Assembly (NCBI GenBank): GCA_037379345.1
Contig: CM074514.1
Span: forward strand, 13,392,001-13,456,000
DNA length: 64,000 bases
Direction: 5' to 3'
Source: Perna viridis
Taxonomy: Eukaryota
Shown here: positions 62,870-64,000 of the stretch, in pieces
Numbering within the stretch: the first letter of the stretch is position 1
How the letters are laid out: every line of letters begins with the position of its first letter
Position numbers and translations under genes: made by a program
Notes under the pieces: generated by a model
The model's database searches: none
What the model was told of the DNA's origin: nothing
What the model saw: the letters and a program-made list of their open reading frames with translations, nothing else

Positions 62870-64000
62870 AAATGTAGACTATTTTTATCAGTCCTTTTTT
62901 GAACATGAAGTAAAACTTTCTAATGAACAAAAAATGTCTGTGGAGGTAATTTGACTTTTAAAGAATGCTTAGATGCTTTGAAAAAAAAATGTCCAATGGG
63001 AAAAGTCCAGGGTAAGATGTGTTTACCGTTGATTTTTATAATTTTTCTTCTTAGTCCTTTTGTCTTTTTATCTTTGCATCATGGTTATGAGGTGAACATT
63101 TTTCACCATTCAAGTATCAAGGAGTTATTACATGTATACCAAAAGAGCATAAGGCGAGACGTTTTATTAGTAATTGGAGACTTATTAGTGTTCTTAATAC
63201 TGAACTAAAAATTGCTTCAACTGTGTTGGCTAAGAGTGAAATCAGTGCTCCCACACACCATTAGTGACTCACAAAACGGTTTCATGAAGGATTGATTTAT
63301 TGGTGAAAATACTCACTTATTACATGATCTTACGCATTATTTGGAGGAAAATAACAAATCTGGATTGCTGCTTTTAGTAGACTTCGACAAAGCTTTTGAC
63401 TCTGTTGAAAGGGATTTTTTAACCAAAGCTTTTAAGACTTTTAATTTTGGTACTTCTTTCTGCAAATGGTTTAAGGTCCAATACACTAGAGCCAAAAGCT
63501 GTGTGATCAATAATGTCACATGTCAAACTTTTTTTTTTATTTAAATAGAGGTTGCAGGCAAGATCCATTATCTCCTTATCTCTTAGGTGCTATTATTGGT
63601 GTTGAACTATTAGCAATCAAACTAAAAAACAAGAAAGATGTGGGTGGTGTCATTGTTAATAATTCCGAACCTCTTTATCAGTCACTATGCAAATTATATC
63701 TTTTTAATGTTAGATGGAACAGAGTCCTCTTTAAGGGAGACCATAAAATGTTTTGATTCCTTCCACTTAGTATCTGTTCTGAAGATCTATAAACCAATAA
63801 CCAGAGCAGTTTGGGTTGGGAGTAAGTGATTTTCTGATCATGTTCTATGTCCAAATTTAGATTTAAAAAGGTCACATTCTAATTTCTGTGTTCTTGGTCT
63901 GGACTTTTCCTTAGACTTAGGTGCTATGGTTGAAAATAAATGTTTCAAGAAAAATTAAGGAGGCATCGAGAGTGTTAAAAAGTTGGGAACAGAAAACTGA
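62870..64000 (+). mobile_element. Decayed L1/Tx1-clade LINE ORF2 (RT) fragment
   Basis: GKSPG.D, NWRLISVLN...KI, QNGFM, LLVDFDKAFDSV, RGCRQ.PLSPYL, ISHYAN (YADD-equivalent); frameshifted. Confidence 0.85.

Overview
AT-rich animal genomic DNA. The repeat families suggest a bivalve mollusc, probably an oyster, but this is inference. The window holds two tandem minus-strand Na+/Ca2+ exchanger (NCX/SLC8/Calx-family) paralogs. Gene A is complete: I assembled 10 coding exons by hand from GT-AG sites and reading-frame phase (58798->49042, 2427 nt, 808 aa), with alpha-1 and alpha-2 repeats and two Calx-beta domains. Gene B starts at 10849, has a second coding exon at 2698-2930 and runs off the left edge. 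The DNA between and inside the genes is full of decayed transposons: an I-group (RNase H) LINE with two MULE transposons inserted into it, Naiad-type Penelope pieces, an RLE-type LINE fragment, an L1/Tx1 fragment, SINEs, MITEs and Helentron-like repeats. There is a 504-N gap. The three most unusual signals are: (1) a ~1.2-kb intronic array of diverged copies of the 3' end and splice donor of gene A exon 3, diverged in a protein-like way; (2) a SINE-like family (3 copies) whose head is a predicted RNA pseudoknot rather than a tRNA; (3) a (TA)n-embedded modular TIR element carrying a tRNA-like Pol III head. All coordinates and alignments were made by eye.
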